Assembly: GCF_009914755.1 (NCBI RefSeq)
Contig: NC_060947.1
DNA: 64,000 bases
Direction: 5' to 3' (one strand)
From: the human T2T-CHM13v2.0 reference genome, Homo sapiens
Part shown: positions 28,821-42,343 of the stretch, in pieces
Layout: each line of letters opens with the position of its first letter
Numbering within the stretch: the stretch's first letter is position 1
Made by a program: the position numbers and the translations under genes
The notes under the pieces: generated by a model
Database searches by the model: none
What the model was told of the DNA's origin: nothing
Seen by the model: the letters and a program-made list of their open reading frames with translations, nothing else

Positions 28821-29359
28821 TTTCCTATTCCTGTACAGATACAATTATAGCATATTACACTTTTTATTAATGTACACTAGTTTTATGTGCATAATAACTT
28901 GGGAAAATTTAAATGGTTCCCTATCTGGGTAGACCTTGAAATTAATCTTTTAGGGGCTCTCAAAGGCTTGATCCCTCTACATTCTCTTTTCTGCTCTCAT
29001 CTCCTAAATACACCTTATATTTTACAGGATAATTATCCCTCTTCCCTATCTGTCTTCACCCACACCAGATAGTCTTACAAACAACTGGCCGATCACAGAA
29101 TTCGCATTGACAAGCGCTAAATCTTTAATCCTAAATGTCATTGTCATTTGTCCTATTACTACAATTGTGTCGCTACTTTTGGTGCTGTTTTATTTCCCGT
29201 TGAAAATCTTGACTTACTGTTATAACTATGTGTATTTAATGTCTGAAAGGCAGAGAGCAAAATAAATTGCAATAAAGTTACAATACTTCATAGCTTAAAA
29301 TAAAAACACGTTTTATATAGTAATTATTTTTATTTGTAAAAGAAACTACAGAAAAAGGA

Positions 29360-29495
29360 GATAGAGTTCCTAAACTGGATAAACCCCAAAGTCCTCCCTA
29401 CCTCTGGACTTCCCATTACCAAAACAGTCCCCATTTGTTTAAAAGATTTGTGTTTAGTGGTCTGTTACTTGTAGCCAAAGTCTTTCCAATGTAAA
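29360..29495 (+). mobile_element. MLT1 LTR 3' fragment
   Basis: ccctacctctggacttcccattac...ccccatttgtttaa...tctgttacttgtagccaaag. Confidence 0.6.
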
Positions 29496-29939
29496 AATGT
29501 AAATATACATTTTTCTCATAAAGCTATTGTCTGCAAGTCGTAATCATCAGAGACCTTGACATTTCAGTTAATATCATAAACAAAAGCTTTGATGACTTTT
29601 TTTTTTTTTTTTTTTTTACAAAAAGAATCACATAATAGACAACTAACAGAGAAGGTCAGTTTTAATTATGGTGCCTGAATTGTCTGTCATGGCTTATGCA
29701 GGTTTTGTTTCACAACCAATATTGAGTCAGAGAGAAATTAAATTTGGTGGGTGGTGACGATTTTCAAAGTAATTGACTTCATTGTGCTATTTACATTCCA
29801 GTATTTGAACTGGGCAGATACTAAGCATGGTGCTTTTATTAACTACTAATAACAACATTGGAAAATGTACTAAAAATGTTGCTGTTGTTATTATTATTCA
29901 TAGTGATATAAATAAGTTAGCAGTATTAAGAGAATATTT

Positions 29940-30090
29940 TACTCATTCATTATTATCATTACTCAACAGACATTTATAGAGTCCACCATTTGCCATGTGA
30001 TAAGTACTGAGGATTTAAAAGTAAGCAAGACAAAATTCGTGAATTCATCGTCTCAATCCATAGTAAGATTAAGAGACAGGTATGTTAGGA
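29940..30090 (-). mobile_element. L2 3' end fragment
   Basis: actcattcatt...actcaacagacatttatagagtccacc...aagtactgaggat...taagcaagaca. Confidence 0.6.
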
Positions 30091-30246
30091 AAATAATAGA
30101 TAAGAAACATATGAATTTGGTGGAAAATATTGTTTCAAGAGTCTTCAGGAAGCAAGCAGGATTAGTATTGAACCGGTTTGTTGCTATACATGCTAATAGT
30201 CATTTTAGGGCAGAAATAAAAACAATAGATGTACAGTGATCATTAC

Positions 30247-30530
30247 CTCCCTTGTGAATCAGCTAATCTACAGTTGACATCTTGAACTAACAGGAGCCTT
30301 TCAACTTTGCTAAACACATGGCAATATTTTGATATTTGATAGATACTATTGTTGCAAAATAGCACTTTAATTTTTGTGGCAGGATGCAGAAAAATTATTT
30401 TCAAAATAAAAAAGATGATTATGGACATGATCCAGAGACTTAAAACGATGCTGAAGAGGACAACCAAAATGGGATTTTGGGATGATTGCCTTTTGTCAAC
30501 ATACTTCTCAATCTGTTTCTCTTGTGCCAC
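30247..30530 (-). other. Candidate spliced exon (284 nt)
   Basis: Acceptor ...acacccctgcag|gtgg and donor gag|gtaatg on minus; one frame is open throughout; no transcript evidence available. Confidence 0.25.
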
Positions 30531-32622
30531 CTGCAGGGGTGTTGACAGAACCAATTCCAAGAGGGCATGGGTGCTAAAAACTGGCATTTCTGCCTTTTTA
30601 TAAATACCTTACATGGAAAAGGAATTTTCTTCCTGTTCAATGCTAACAGCAAATATTTTTCTCCTTTGTAAAATGTACATAAAGAAATTTTGATTATGTT
30701 TTTGTTATTTTGAGAATACCTACATGTCATGGATATTTTTCATGATTTTGTATATTATTTAGACCAGGATCCTTTTCTATAACTTTGATTAAATTATTAA
30801 TGTCACAGATTGAATCAGTTGTCTCTGTAGTTGCCTTATAGACCTAGCATATTAAACAGTATCAAAAAGGGTTGTGATTCTACAAAGGAAAAAGGCATTT
30901 AATTGCAGTGCAGCTGTATGTTGTATTTGTCATCTGTTATACAAATGGGAGGGGATGAGAACCCCAAAATATCCAGGACCTATTATTTATTCTTAATCAT
31001 CGTAATCACCATTGATAATTATTCATCAGCTCCTCACACATATTCTCCATCCTTTTGGATATTTGAAATGGCATTACTAAATATGTCGTGTTTGTTCTCG
31101 AGTACTGGCTAAAATCGTATGGTTTAAGAGAAAATTTGAAGGGAATATAGATCAGAAGATACATGTGCACATTTATTTTCTTTAGTGTTAAATAAATATT
31201 TATATTTAGGTTAATGTATATGGAAAATCATTATCCTTGAGAATGCAAATGAGATTTTTCCCTGAAAGAAAGTATCCTCTGTTTTGATACAGTATAAACA
31301 TATACTATAAGTTATACTACAATCATAATAGAGTAACAATATAGAAGGGTAGGTTGGGGAGAGAAATTATACTATGTTGCATCATGTATCTCCCTTTTAA
31401 AAAATCAAGTGACCTTGGAAAATTGATAATGTTGTGCAATTTTGGAGGAGTTTTGTATATATGGAATTCTGAGAAGAGCATAAGGTAATTTATGACAGTT
31501 GGAAATGAATATTTTTGTCACATAATATAATCCACAAAATTCATATGCATCCAGAATAGTTTTTTCACAAAATACACAGTGAATAGTAAAGTAAATTCAT
31601 CAGCTCCTCACACATATTATTCCCAAAGATTATTGGATGAGACAACTAAGCCAGGAAGCCGTGTCTGACAATAAACACATTTCATCGTTGCTTGGTTTAC
31701 TTTCAGTGCCTGGTATCAATTAATACTGATTGTCCTTTACCTTTTCTTTTGATAAGATTGAAGATACCACAGCGCAACTATTTCAAGGACTAGCAAGATG
31801 GGAGTTAGAGGAAAGAGTTCTAGCTGCCCCACCTAATCATAAATACATCTGCAAGTAATCGGATTCATGTTTAACTCTTTCATAGATGATTTAGAAAGGT
31901 CTTTTTTTTTTCTTTCAGGATGCTAAATTATTCCCTCAAGAAAGTGATCAGGCCCTTCTTAGCCTCCGTAGGCACGAGCTTAGTCATCTGCAAAATGATG
32001 CTGTTGAATCAGATCATCACTAAATACTCTTCCAGCTCTAAAATGTTATGAATTTACATGGATGGCGAGATTTATCCCTGGAGATTTTCACTCCATACTA
32101 TGCCATGTATCCAGGTTTATAAATATAAAGTATTTCAGCTGGTATTAAATATGATAAATCTCCTACAGGGAGCTCAGAGCATTTCCACATACATAGTGTT
32201 CAATGTCAGTGCTGACGCAAATGATGATGGTAAGGAGTAAAACTCAATAATAAGAATATTCCGGGTCTCTAGTAATAAATTTAAAGATAGAGGAGACGAT
32301 GAAGATAAAACAAAAGAAATAGGAAGGTAAATGAGCTCTTTATATTAAAAACATACTTAAAAACAAATTAGAGTGTTTGAATTGAAATAACAGAACTAGT
32401 CCTAGGTTCTTATCTTAGGCGAGTTTACCTCTTTCCTGCTAGCTCTGTGACTTTCCTTTTCAGCCTTATGATTTCCACCCTATTCCTTCATGCCTGGTGA
32501 TCTCTACATGCCTGAAATTTTTCCCTGGTCTTGGCCTTTCTCTAATATTACTATCACCTTCCTTTTCCCAAATTAAATGTAAAGAGATATCATAACTTAA
32601 GTGAAAGCCTTTTTAAAAAAAG

Positions 32623-32925
<303 letters not shown>

Positions 32926-33654
32926 AAGTGAAAGCCTTTTTAAGGAGAAGCCAAGCAATAAGTGCCTTTGCTCTCCCCATTTCAGCATCACTGTTACTAC
33001 CTTCATGAATATAAGATATGGAGGAAACATCTTGAAACCTAAAGGATTCTAAATTATGATGAAGCAAGAAATAGGACAGGTTATTCCATTCACATTGTCC
33101 AAAGGGCTCTAGGAATTAGTATACTTACACTCAATATAGGATACCAATAAATTGGTGGTTCACCTCTAAACTACTTTAGAAGCAAAATAAGCTATTGTCC
33201 AACAAAAGACTATAATTATATAACACAATAAACATGATCACATAACTGATGTGGCTGACTTTGCCTTTCACACACTTTAGTAAAACCTACAGCTTAAAAA
33301 ACTTTTGTAACTCTATCCTTTGCCATTTTTCTGCACTTTGTGAAACTGCAATGAGTTTGATGAACACTTTATTACTAAAGAGAGACAATTAACAATATTA
33401 TAGGTAGCAGATATTTTTGAGGTGTCTTCCTTTAGTTTGATAGTGTTCACCACTCACTCAGATCACAGCGTTTTAAGTTAATTTAATGTGCCAAAAATTG
33501 ATAATTAAAACAATCTAAATTTCAAAATTAAGTGACTTGAACTGATTTGGTTGTGTTGTATATTTTGCAACTGAATGTTGGCCTCCATGAGAAAAAACAA
33601 TAAGTTTATATGTCTTCTTTAAACATGGCCTGGAAAATGAAGTACTTAGTGAAT

Positions 33655-34162
33655 CAAATGTTCTTAAGAGTTTTGGTCTCAGACATCTTTAGACTCTTAC
33701 AAATTACTGAAGAATTCAAAGGTTTTTTGTTAATGTGAGTAATATTTATTGATTTTTACCATATTAAAATTAGAACTGACATTTTTTTAAATAGTAAATT
33801 AATTTATTCTAAAATTCAAATAAGTCTCTTGCATGTTAAAATATCATACTGTATGAATAATAACCATTTTCCAAAGCAAAAAATAAATAGTGAGAAGAAT
33901 AAGCACTACTTTATATTTGTAGAAATATCCTCAATATCTAGCTTCATAGAAAACCACTGGAGTCATACCTGCTTCTGTATTCAATCTTACTCAGATAACA
34001 CACACCATATAGCCTCTGGAAAACACTGCATACTTGTGAGAAACTTGGAGTGAAAAGAATAAAAAATATTTTAACATTATTATGAAAATATTTTTGACCT
34101 TGTAAACCTTGAAAGGGTCCCAGTGATAGCACTCATTTCCTGGAACACATTTAAGAATTGCA
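33655..34162. mobile_element. hAT-Charlie DNA transposon (MER119-like)
   Basis: ttttggtctcagacatctttagactcttacaaattactgaag...gaccttgtaaaccttgaaagggtccc...ggaacacatttaagaattgc. Confidence 0.7.
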
Positions 34163-34379
34163 ATCTTGACTTATTTAATAATCTAGTTATTCAATAATAA
34201 TTTGTTGAACTGCTTTGGTGTGATAGACACAATGACAGTTACTAAAAATATATTGCTTAAAAAGATGTTATGTCTGGCTTCTGAGGGGGCATACATTAGT
34301 GAAGAATACCAGGGAATAAATAGGTAACTATACTACTATATAGCAAGTCGTGTCTGCAGAATGCTATTGGGGAATGTTT

Positions 34380-34570
34380 TTACATATATATACACATATA
34401 TATACATACATATATGTGTGTGTATATATATGTATATATATACTCACACACATATGTACACACACATATGTAAAACATATATATACACACACATATGTAA
34501 AACATTATATATATACACACATATATAAACATATGTATTTGGTCTTACACAAACATATACGTATGTGTAT
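34380..34570. repeat. Degenerate (TA)n/(CA)n low-complexity tract within L2 remnant
   Basis: Read directly; similar tracts at ~26690-26800, ~42370-42440 and (TG)n at 43227-43275. Confidence 0.9.
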
Positions 34571-35109
34571 GATGAAATAATGAGAAGAGAATAATGGAAT
34601 CTTAGGTATGAGAGTGAAACTTAGATATCAAGTCCAAACTTCTAACCATTAGATGATACAAAGGACTCTTTTAAAAGTTTAAGCAAAAGCTTCATTGATC
34701 AGGATCTTGCATACAGATTTTCTGACTCCTTGACTATTACTCTGGTACATCTGTTCTTCAGGTTTCTGGAACATACCAGGCATAAAATTAACAAACCAGT
34801 GGTAGGAGGGTGGGAAGATGTGTTCACCTATATAAGTTGGCATAGTAAATTTCCCCGCCTTATTTCTCTTTCCTCGTTGTTAATATGAGCAATTATTCTA
34901 TTTTATCATACCTGACTTAGATTCTGCTTCAGAAACATCAGTTACTGTTTTCAATATCTAAAAATTATTTGACTTATTGTTTATGTGATATCTGTTTGGC
35001 AATATTCCAACCCTCGCTAAGGTCAACTAATCACTTCCTTGGCACCTGCTCCTGAAATATAGAATCTGCTATAGAAACTGGGACTTAGCCCATAGTCATG
35101 CTAGAAAAG

Positions 35110-36970
35110 GGTGTACATTCTCTACTTGTTGATTGCAGGATCCTATACATAAATTGATGAGATCAACTCATTAATTGTATTATACAAATATTCTACATTC
35201 TTACTAATTTTTATGTATTCATCATATAGATTTCTGAGAAAAAGATGTTAAGTTCTCCAGTGTGATTGTGTAATTGACCGTTTCATTCATTCATTTATTC
35301 AGCTTTTATATGTTTTGATTCCATGTAATTAAGCATATACTGATATAGGATTGTTTTTCTATCTGTGAAAAAAAACAGGAAGTAAACACAAATACATTCT
35401 TGTGGGATTTCCCCTCTATTTGCTTAACCATAATTTTAATAATCACTTTTAGTTTTAATTTTAGTGATCAACCCTACCTTTTAATTTTTATGTGCTTTTT
35501 AATTAAGTTTTGCATTAACATAATTTTGCGCTTCTTGTGTTGCAAGCTTATTTTATGTCCAATCTTACTTTTTTTCTAATTCATACATTTGAAATTACAA
35601 TCTTTACAATTTAACAGTAAGCATTTCTTACTTCTTTGCTTATTATTGAATATAACATCACACATTTGCCTTCTTTTGCTTTTCTTCTTGGAGTAAATTC
35701 TTCAATAAATATTTCAGAACAGATCTATTTGTAAGAAACTTTTTGAGATTTTGCATAACTCCAATTATTTGTGATTCTCTTTCTTGCTTGGTGATAGTTT
35801 ACATAAGTATAAGATTCTCATAAAATTTTTTTTCTTCAGACTTTTGAAAACTTTGATCCATGTTATTTTAATGTCCTGTATTAATAAGTTATTTTACTCC
35901 TTGTTTGACATGTACTCCTTTATGGAGATAATCTACCTGTTTTCTTCTCTAGAAGTTTTTAGGAATTCTCTCTTTATTCTTATTTTTTTCTGAAATTATG
36001 TAAGATATAGGTTTCAGGCTTAGTTGTTATTTTTAAACATTTATTATATTTACTTAGCCTATTCTGCAAGCAAGGAATTTTTTCAATCTTAAGATACCTG
36101 CAATATTTTTTTTCTGCTAATTTGGCACCTCTACTATTATTGCTTTAAAATTTCCCCTTTAAAAATCCATTTTGATTTATGGGTTTTTCTTAGATTCTTA
36201 CCCTTTGTGCTTTATACAATCATGTGAAACAATCAGATTATTATCTCTAATCAATAATTCTATTAACTGAATGACTTAGGGCTCTAATTCTGCTACTTGC
36301 TGATCTTGTTGACATTTTCCAATAAAGGAGGATTCTTATTGTTTTTTTCTAATTTTAGATTGTGAACTTCTGTTCAGCAGGGATTTAACAGGGAGATCCC
36401 TTTGAGGTTTTGGTTGAAGTTATGTTTTTCTGAGGATTTTTGTATTTGCTATTCTTAGGTGCACCCAGGGTCATTAACAGTCCTGTACCGGTTTCTATTT
36501 TACATTTTTAGCTTTAGGGTATCTGGACAATGCAAGTAGTATAAATATCAGAACCTTCATCAAAGCAAGTATGTAGTTCAAACATTAATGCATGTTTTTT
36601 TCACTCAATGTCCATGTTAATAAATATAAACTTTGTTTTTATCTCACTTTGCTTATTTCCCCCTAACATTCCATTTAAGATATAGTATTTTCTTGGAAAT
36701 CTTATACATGGGGTTTCATGCATGCCTTTACTTTGACTTTTATTCCCATATACTCATTACACCCAAGTCTCTCTGATTAATGAAGACAGCACATTATTTT
36801 AGGACAATCAAATATTCTGTATCCATTTACCACTGTGCCTGTCACTCACTTCCCCTGCGTTTTGTTCTGTGGGGATTCCTTCTTTATTGTAAACATATTT
36901 TATTCAAAATATCTAGATATTTTACAGCAGAAATTTATTCAGGTTAATCTAGCCTAGTATTGTGAAACAT
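35110..36970 (-). mobile_element. Highly degenerate L1M/L1ME (endonuclease and ORF1 region) remnants
   Basis: gtgtacattctctacttgttg...ttcttactaattttt...gatgttaagttctccagtgtgattgtg and T-rich ORF1-like text. Confidence 0.55.
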
Positions 36971-37548
36971 TCTCCTCTATTTTCCATTTTTCAAGATTTC
37001 CTTTTCACATTCAACCTTGGTTATGGATTGTAAAATAAATAACTTTTCTCTTATTTCTATGCATTTGAAGGAGGAAAGGAGACAGCAGTATTCCCTATAT
37101 AGTATCTTGAATTAGGGCCTCTAATTAGCATTTTATAATGTAGCTACAATTATATTTTGTTGCAATGCAAAATCAATCATGTTATGCTTGTGTTTAAAAT
37201 TCTTCAAAGTCTACTTTTTGAGACTATAGAATAAACTCCAGTCTCCAAAATCTTACAAGGCTTTTTAAAATTTGGCACCTTTTGAAAAAGGGTCTTAGTT
37301 AAAACTATCCTGAAAGTAATGATGATCAAGGGCCTGCCATAATTTTCTCCCTTGAGCATTGAAAGGGAGTAAGCTAAGCAATTTTGCTGTTCTCGGGGTA
37401 GTTGAAAACTTTGCAGCTAAAAGGAGATCCATGTGTTTTGGAATAAGGAAAGTTCCTGCGGCTCAAATTCAGAGCAGCGGGAATGTCTCCCAGGAAATAA
37501 AGCCCATATTAATTTAGCTTATTTGATGTAGAGGGGACTTTTCCTTAC

Positions 37549-37679
37549 CTGTCAGCCCCTGGGTCCCAGAGCAGGCATGTCCTGATCACTTGATGCTGCC
37601 TGACCGCTCTCCAACAGACATGCTGACCCATAGTACACAGGAGGAGAAAGGGTGCTTCTGGTGAACCAAGAGTTGTTTC
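37549..37679 (-). other. Candidate spliced exon (131 nt)
   Basis: Strong acceptor ccgtctctttacag|gaaa and donor cag|gtaagg on minus; GC-richer than flanks. Confidence 0.4.
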
Positions 37680-37819
37680 CTGTAAAGAGACGGCATGGTG
37701 GAGCCTGAAGGTACTGGGAGCTTCTCCCTTCCATTAGCCACCTCAGGAACCAAGGTTTTGTCACTGAAAGCATAACTGGGTAGGGCTGTCATGTGGCCCA
37801 ACCCTGATGCAATGCTTAA

Positions 37820-38270
37820 TCTCCTTTGGCTTAGCTTTACCACTCTCCTGTCTTCCTCTTCAGCCTCATCTTGGTCATCCTGCCTTCTGTTCGCTAATCT
37901 TTATTTGGATATCATTTCATATACTAAAGGCAATATACCTGTCACTCTCTAGTAGAAACATATATTTCACTCCAATTTCTTCCCTCATCTGGATCTCTGC
38001 CACAAATATTGTACAAGTAGTTTCATTTTGTCTTAGTTTTCCCAGGCCCTAGCATAGGTTGGTTCCCTTTGGAAAATATGCATGCATTTCCACTATGATC
38101 AAATTTCAATGAATAACTTATATGACATTTGTGTTCCTCTCAGTACCCACATATACACATACCCAAGTCAGTAAACTGTATAAAGATATTGATCATTGTA
38201 TCTTGTTGATAAGAGTAAGCCCAAAGCCAAAAGCAAGGCCTGGCCTGCCCATAAACTGATTGAATTCAAT
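37820..38270 (+). mobile_element. L2 3' region remnant
   Basis: cctgtcttcctcttcagcctcatctt...tgtgttcctctcagtaccc...gtaaactgtataaag...aaggcctggc...tgattgaatt. Confidence 0.5.
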
Positions 38271-39298
38271 TTTAACTGATATTCATTTTCCTATATGTGA
38301 GTATAATTTTATTTTTTATATATATTTTCATGCCCTCATGTACATACTATGCTGGTTATTTTAAGTCCCTTTAGAGCCAATGGTGTATTTCTCTTAGGCA
38401 TTTCAAAACTCCACACCATGACCATAATATTGAGATATGGTTTATGATCTAAAATATGTGTTGAATAAAATAGATACACTTAACAAATTAAGTACACAAT
38501 TTAAGTTATGAGTATAATTTTATGAGTGACTTCTGAAACAGTATGAATTAGAAGCCACGTAATAAAACATAACTCTGAACAATTTATTCTTATGCCCCAG
38601 GAAATCATTCAAAATTTACTAAGAACATTATGCTTGTGTAGAATAATGACATACAAAATCCTCAGTCATAGATATTAAAGGAACATCTAAAAGTATAATG
38701 TCCTATTAATGATGGAAAATTAAACATGCAATTGAGTTACTCTTTTTACTGGAAGGAGAAATCAAATATAAAGGAAGCATTAGTTTCCATTTATCTCCAA
38801 GTTCTAATCTGTATTCACATACATGTATTTGCATTCACAAGTTCAGATTTAATAAGCAGAAATGATTATTTTAGGCTGTAATTGATTATAGAAAGCCTAT
38901 GAGGATCAGACTCAAAATATAACTCTCACAGTCTTGTAAAGTCTATCAATACAAAAATCACTGGGCTTGTGATTTAGCACTTCTCTGTCTTCACTAACTT
39001 TGCTATTGCCCTGGGCAAATCTCGACTTTAGCTGAAGCTGCTTATGAGATGCCAACCTTTCCCGACTAAACAAATGTTACCACCACCCTCTCAAGCTGTT
39101 TGCCTAAATGAGGGTCCAAGATTATGTTTCAATAGGTGAGACTTCTGTTTCATTTCTGTTCTATACTTAAAATATTTTTTTAAAAAAGACATTGATATTT
39201 CTGCTTACTTTTCATGCTGGTTTTCAGAAGTATAGTAGGTTTGATGAGAAAATTCACATCTCCTGTTATGGGGGCAAATCATATGACTTCCATTAAAT

Positions 39299-39480
39299 TA
39301 GTGATTCTCAAACTTGGCTGCACATTGAAATCACCTGGGGAGCTTTAAAAAGAACTGATGCCTGGGTCTCACCTCCAGAGATTCTGAGGTAATTGGTTCG
39401 AAGTTCAGCTTCTCGGGCATGGGATTTTTTTAAGAACTCCCCAAGTGATTCTAATGTGCAGCCAAGGTTGAAAACCACTG
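39299..39480. mobile_element. MER5A/MER5A1-type MITE (hAT-Charlie), near-palindromic
   Basis: agtgattctcaaacttggctgcacattgaaatcacctggggag ... ctccccaagtgattctaatgtgcagccaaggttgaaaaccactg long inverted termini. Confidence 0.92.
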
Positions 39481-40469
39481 TGCTAATTAATAGAATAATA
39501 ATGAATTGCCTAATCACAGAGAAGACCACACAGATAAAACTATGGCTATAATTGGGAAACTAGTAATTTTGAGAAATAATATTTTTGAAGGAATGAGAAT
39601 ATAATAAATTTGAGGCTTTTGTAATTGCATGCAGCCTGTATTTCATGGAAGGCCTGATAAATATCCAGCAAATTATAAGCAGGGGACTCACTATTAATTC
39701 TGCATTTATTTTCTTATATAAGCATAAAATGAACTGAACAAGATTCATCTATTCATTACTTCAACAAATATGTATGGAGTCCTTAAAATATGTTTCTCAT
39801 TTTTCATTGCTGGATTCTTCTGTAAAATAATTGGAAGGAAACTCATTGTTTATTTTCAACAAAGATTAACCCTAAATCGAGGAGAAGGGGAAAACATTCT
39901 TAGAAGAGAAAACATCTTAAACACAGAGCTCATCATCACTTTCCACAAGCAAGACAGGAGAACTGAATGATATTCTTTATGTCAAAGGCACCAAATTAAT
40001 TCCCACATGTAAAAATTAAGTGAATAAATAAAATGCTATAAGTAAAAGATTAGTACAGTAGGGAGTGGGTGCTCAATAATTATTCATGTCCCTTTAGCTT
40101 CTTCTGAAGCTTGGATGATTATTAAAATAATAATAATTTGAATATGTAACTAAAATATTCTTTCCACTTCAAACTGTTACTTACAATGCTGCCGGATTAG
40201 GTTTGCAAAATTACACTTCTGAAAACAATACAAAGGTATATAGAAAAAAGTTTAAAAATCTGACTTCAGTAAAATTCTCCTTTGCTTCTTGAAAATAACT
40301 ATTATTTAAAATATGGTATGTAACTCCCAGAAGTTTCTTGCACAAATGTAGATTTTAAATGTGCAGACCAACACGAGCATATATATGTGTATACATATAT
40401 ATGTGTATATATAAACATTTATTTTATTTTCCCATCAACCAAACTAAAGTTGTTTTAAATTTCTAACAA

Positions 40470-41650
40470 ATTAAGAAATGTTTTTGAGATGAACACATTT
40501 GCATGCTGATGGGAATGATCCAGTAGAGTGAGATAAATTGATGATATCAGAGAGAAGGAATGTGATAATGCAGAAATTAAGTCTTTGAGATGCAGAGAGA
40601 GGGCAGGATCCAGAGGAACTGGGCTTTGATGCAAGAAATTTATTTCATTTACAACATGAGAAGAGGCAGTGAATATGCATGCAGATGCAGATGATTTGAT
40701 GAAATTGTGAGACATCAGGAAATTACTGACTTTTTTCTATAAATTTTTTTCAATAAAATTTTAGAGGAAAGACATACACACACACACACACACAGAGACT
40801 TTGGAGGAAAAGAACACTATGTGAAATAATCTTCTGGAAGAGTGGAAATGTAAATATATCAGGGAAGTGTGGAAATTCTGACCAGCAGAAAGCGCCTTTT
40901 AAGCATAAATAGTCATTAATTTAAAGGGCAATGTATCTGCGATAATGTGCAATATTCTCCGTTCTGCATTCATCTGCTTAGGAAAAAACTATTGAGTACA
41001 AAGCTATCTAGTTATAGCCAGGATTGAACTTTGACCAGTTATGTACAATGGAGGGAGGGAAGGGCAATGGAACTGAAATGAGTAACTAAAATTATGGAAC
41101 ACAAAATCCAAGTTAGATATTGAAGGAAGTGAGTATGTGAAAGGGTTCATATGTAATAATAATAATAAATTATAGAACAAATCATTGGAGGCGTCAGTGA
41201 GTTTGAGTAATTATAGGAGATAAAATTCTAGACTGAATATAGGAAATAGAATATAGAGAAACTGAATATAGGAAATCTTCATCAGAGTGTAAAATGATTG
41301 CAGCAGAAATTTTGGAGTTACACAATTATTAGTATCAATAAGGGCATAGGAGTCAGTGGTTGAGGATGATGGAAGAAATGATAATTGCAGCAGTATGTTC
41401 AGGAACTATGAAGACTAAGTAAGGGAGGGATTATTTTTATGGATGTCGAATCATCCAAGTATGATTACGTGTGAAGTGGTAGAAGAGAGTAAGCTAGGTG
41501 CTGAACACAACGGTAAATGAGAAGTGACCTATCTGGCTGTTAGATGAAAGTATTAAAAGAAGTATCAGTGAAGACTCACGGCATGAATTTCAGAAGATCT
41601 GGAGTTTTGAAGGAGGATGAAGATAAAATGTTTAGAAAAAGCAAGGAGAA
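40470..41650 (-). mobile_element. L2 LINE ORF2-region remnant
   Basis: gcatgctgatgggaatgatccagtagag...ggatgtcgaatcatccaag...gctaggtgctgaa typical of antisense L2. Confidence 0.65.
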
Positions 41651-42133
41651 CAAAAACAACAACAAAAAAACAAAACGAAGCCAAAAACCAAAAACTTCTA
41701 GAGACCCTGATTGTTTGGGTGGTTTAAACTTTCGGTGTATTTATAGGCCATATATTCTGAGTTCTGATACTATGTTTGTTCAAATAACTTTCCCAAAGCT
41801 ATCATTGTCTTTTAAATTTGTATGGCTTTTTTAACAGAAGATTTAATTTTGAGATAGTTACATCTGTCAATTTTCCCATTATAGTTTTATATTTTCTTCC
41901 CTGCCAAAAGCAAACAACTAGTTTTGGGGGTACGCATCATCAGCCCTGTGTTCAGATAGAGGACTGGCCTCATTTCATGGCGTTATTCAGTCCTTTGGAT
42001 TCCTAATCACTGAGAGGAGTTTAGTACTTATCCTTCTTCCCTATTTCCTATCTTGAAAAGCCTAGGCCTCAAGACTTTAGCTTCCATCACTACTAATGGT
42101 TCCTGTAAAATATTTTGTATGTATATGTATATA

Positions 42134-42343
42134 CAGTAAGTCCTCACTTAACATCGTCAACAGGTTCTTGGAAATTGCAACTTTAAGTGAAATGACATAC
42201 AGCAGGTCCTCAACATCGTTTTGTTCAACATTGTTTCCTGATAATGTTGATGAGAAATAAACACGTTAGTTTTGTTATACATTGTCTTGCTTCAAATTGC
42301 AGTTTTCAACAACCTACTGACAATGTTAAGTGCGGACTTACTG
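42134..42343. mobile_element. MER6-family (MER6B-like) TcMar-Tigger MITE, 210 bp
   Basis: TIRs cagtaagtcctcacttaacat / atgttaagtgcggacttactg, flanked by TA on both sides. Confidence 0.9.

Noticed and set aside
30349-30603. Plus-strand 84-aa ORF with nearby acceptor ttttgtggcag
   Set aside because: No recognisable homology and no clear donor; overlaps the better-bounded minus-strand candidate
41232-41276. 16-bp direct repeat actgaatataggaaat
   Set aside because: Ordinary slippage microduplication in an L2 remnant
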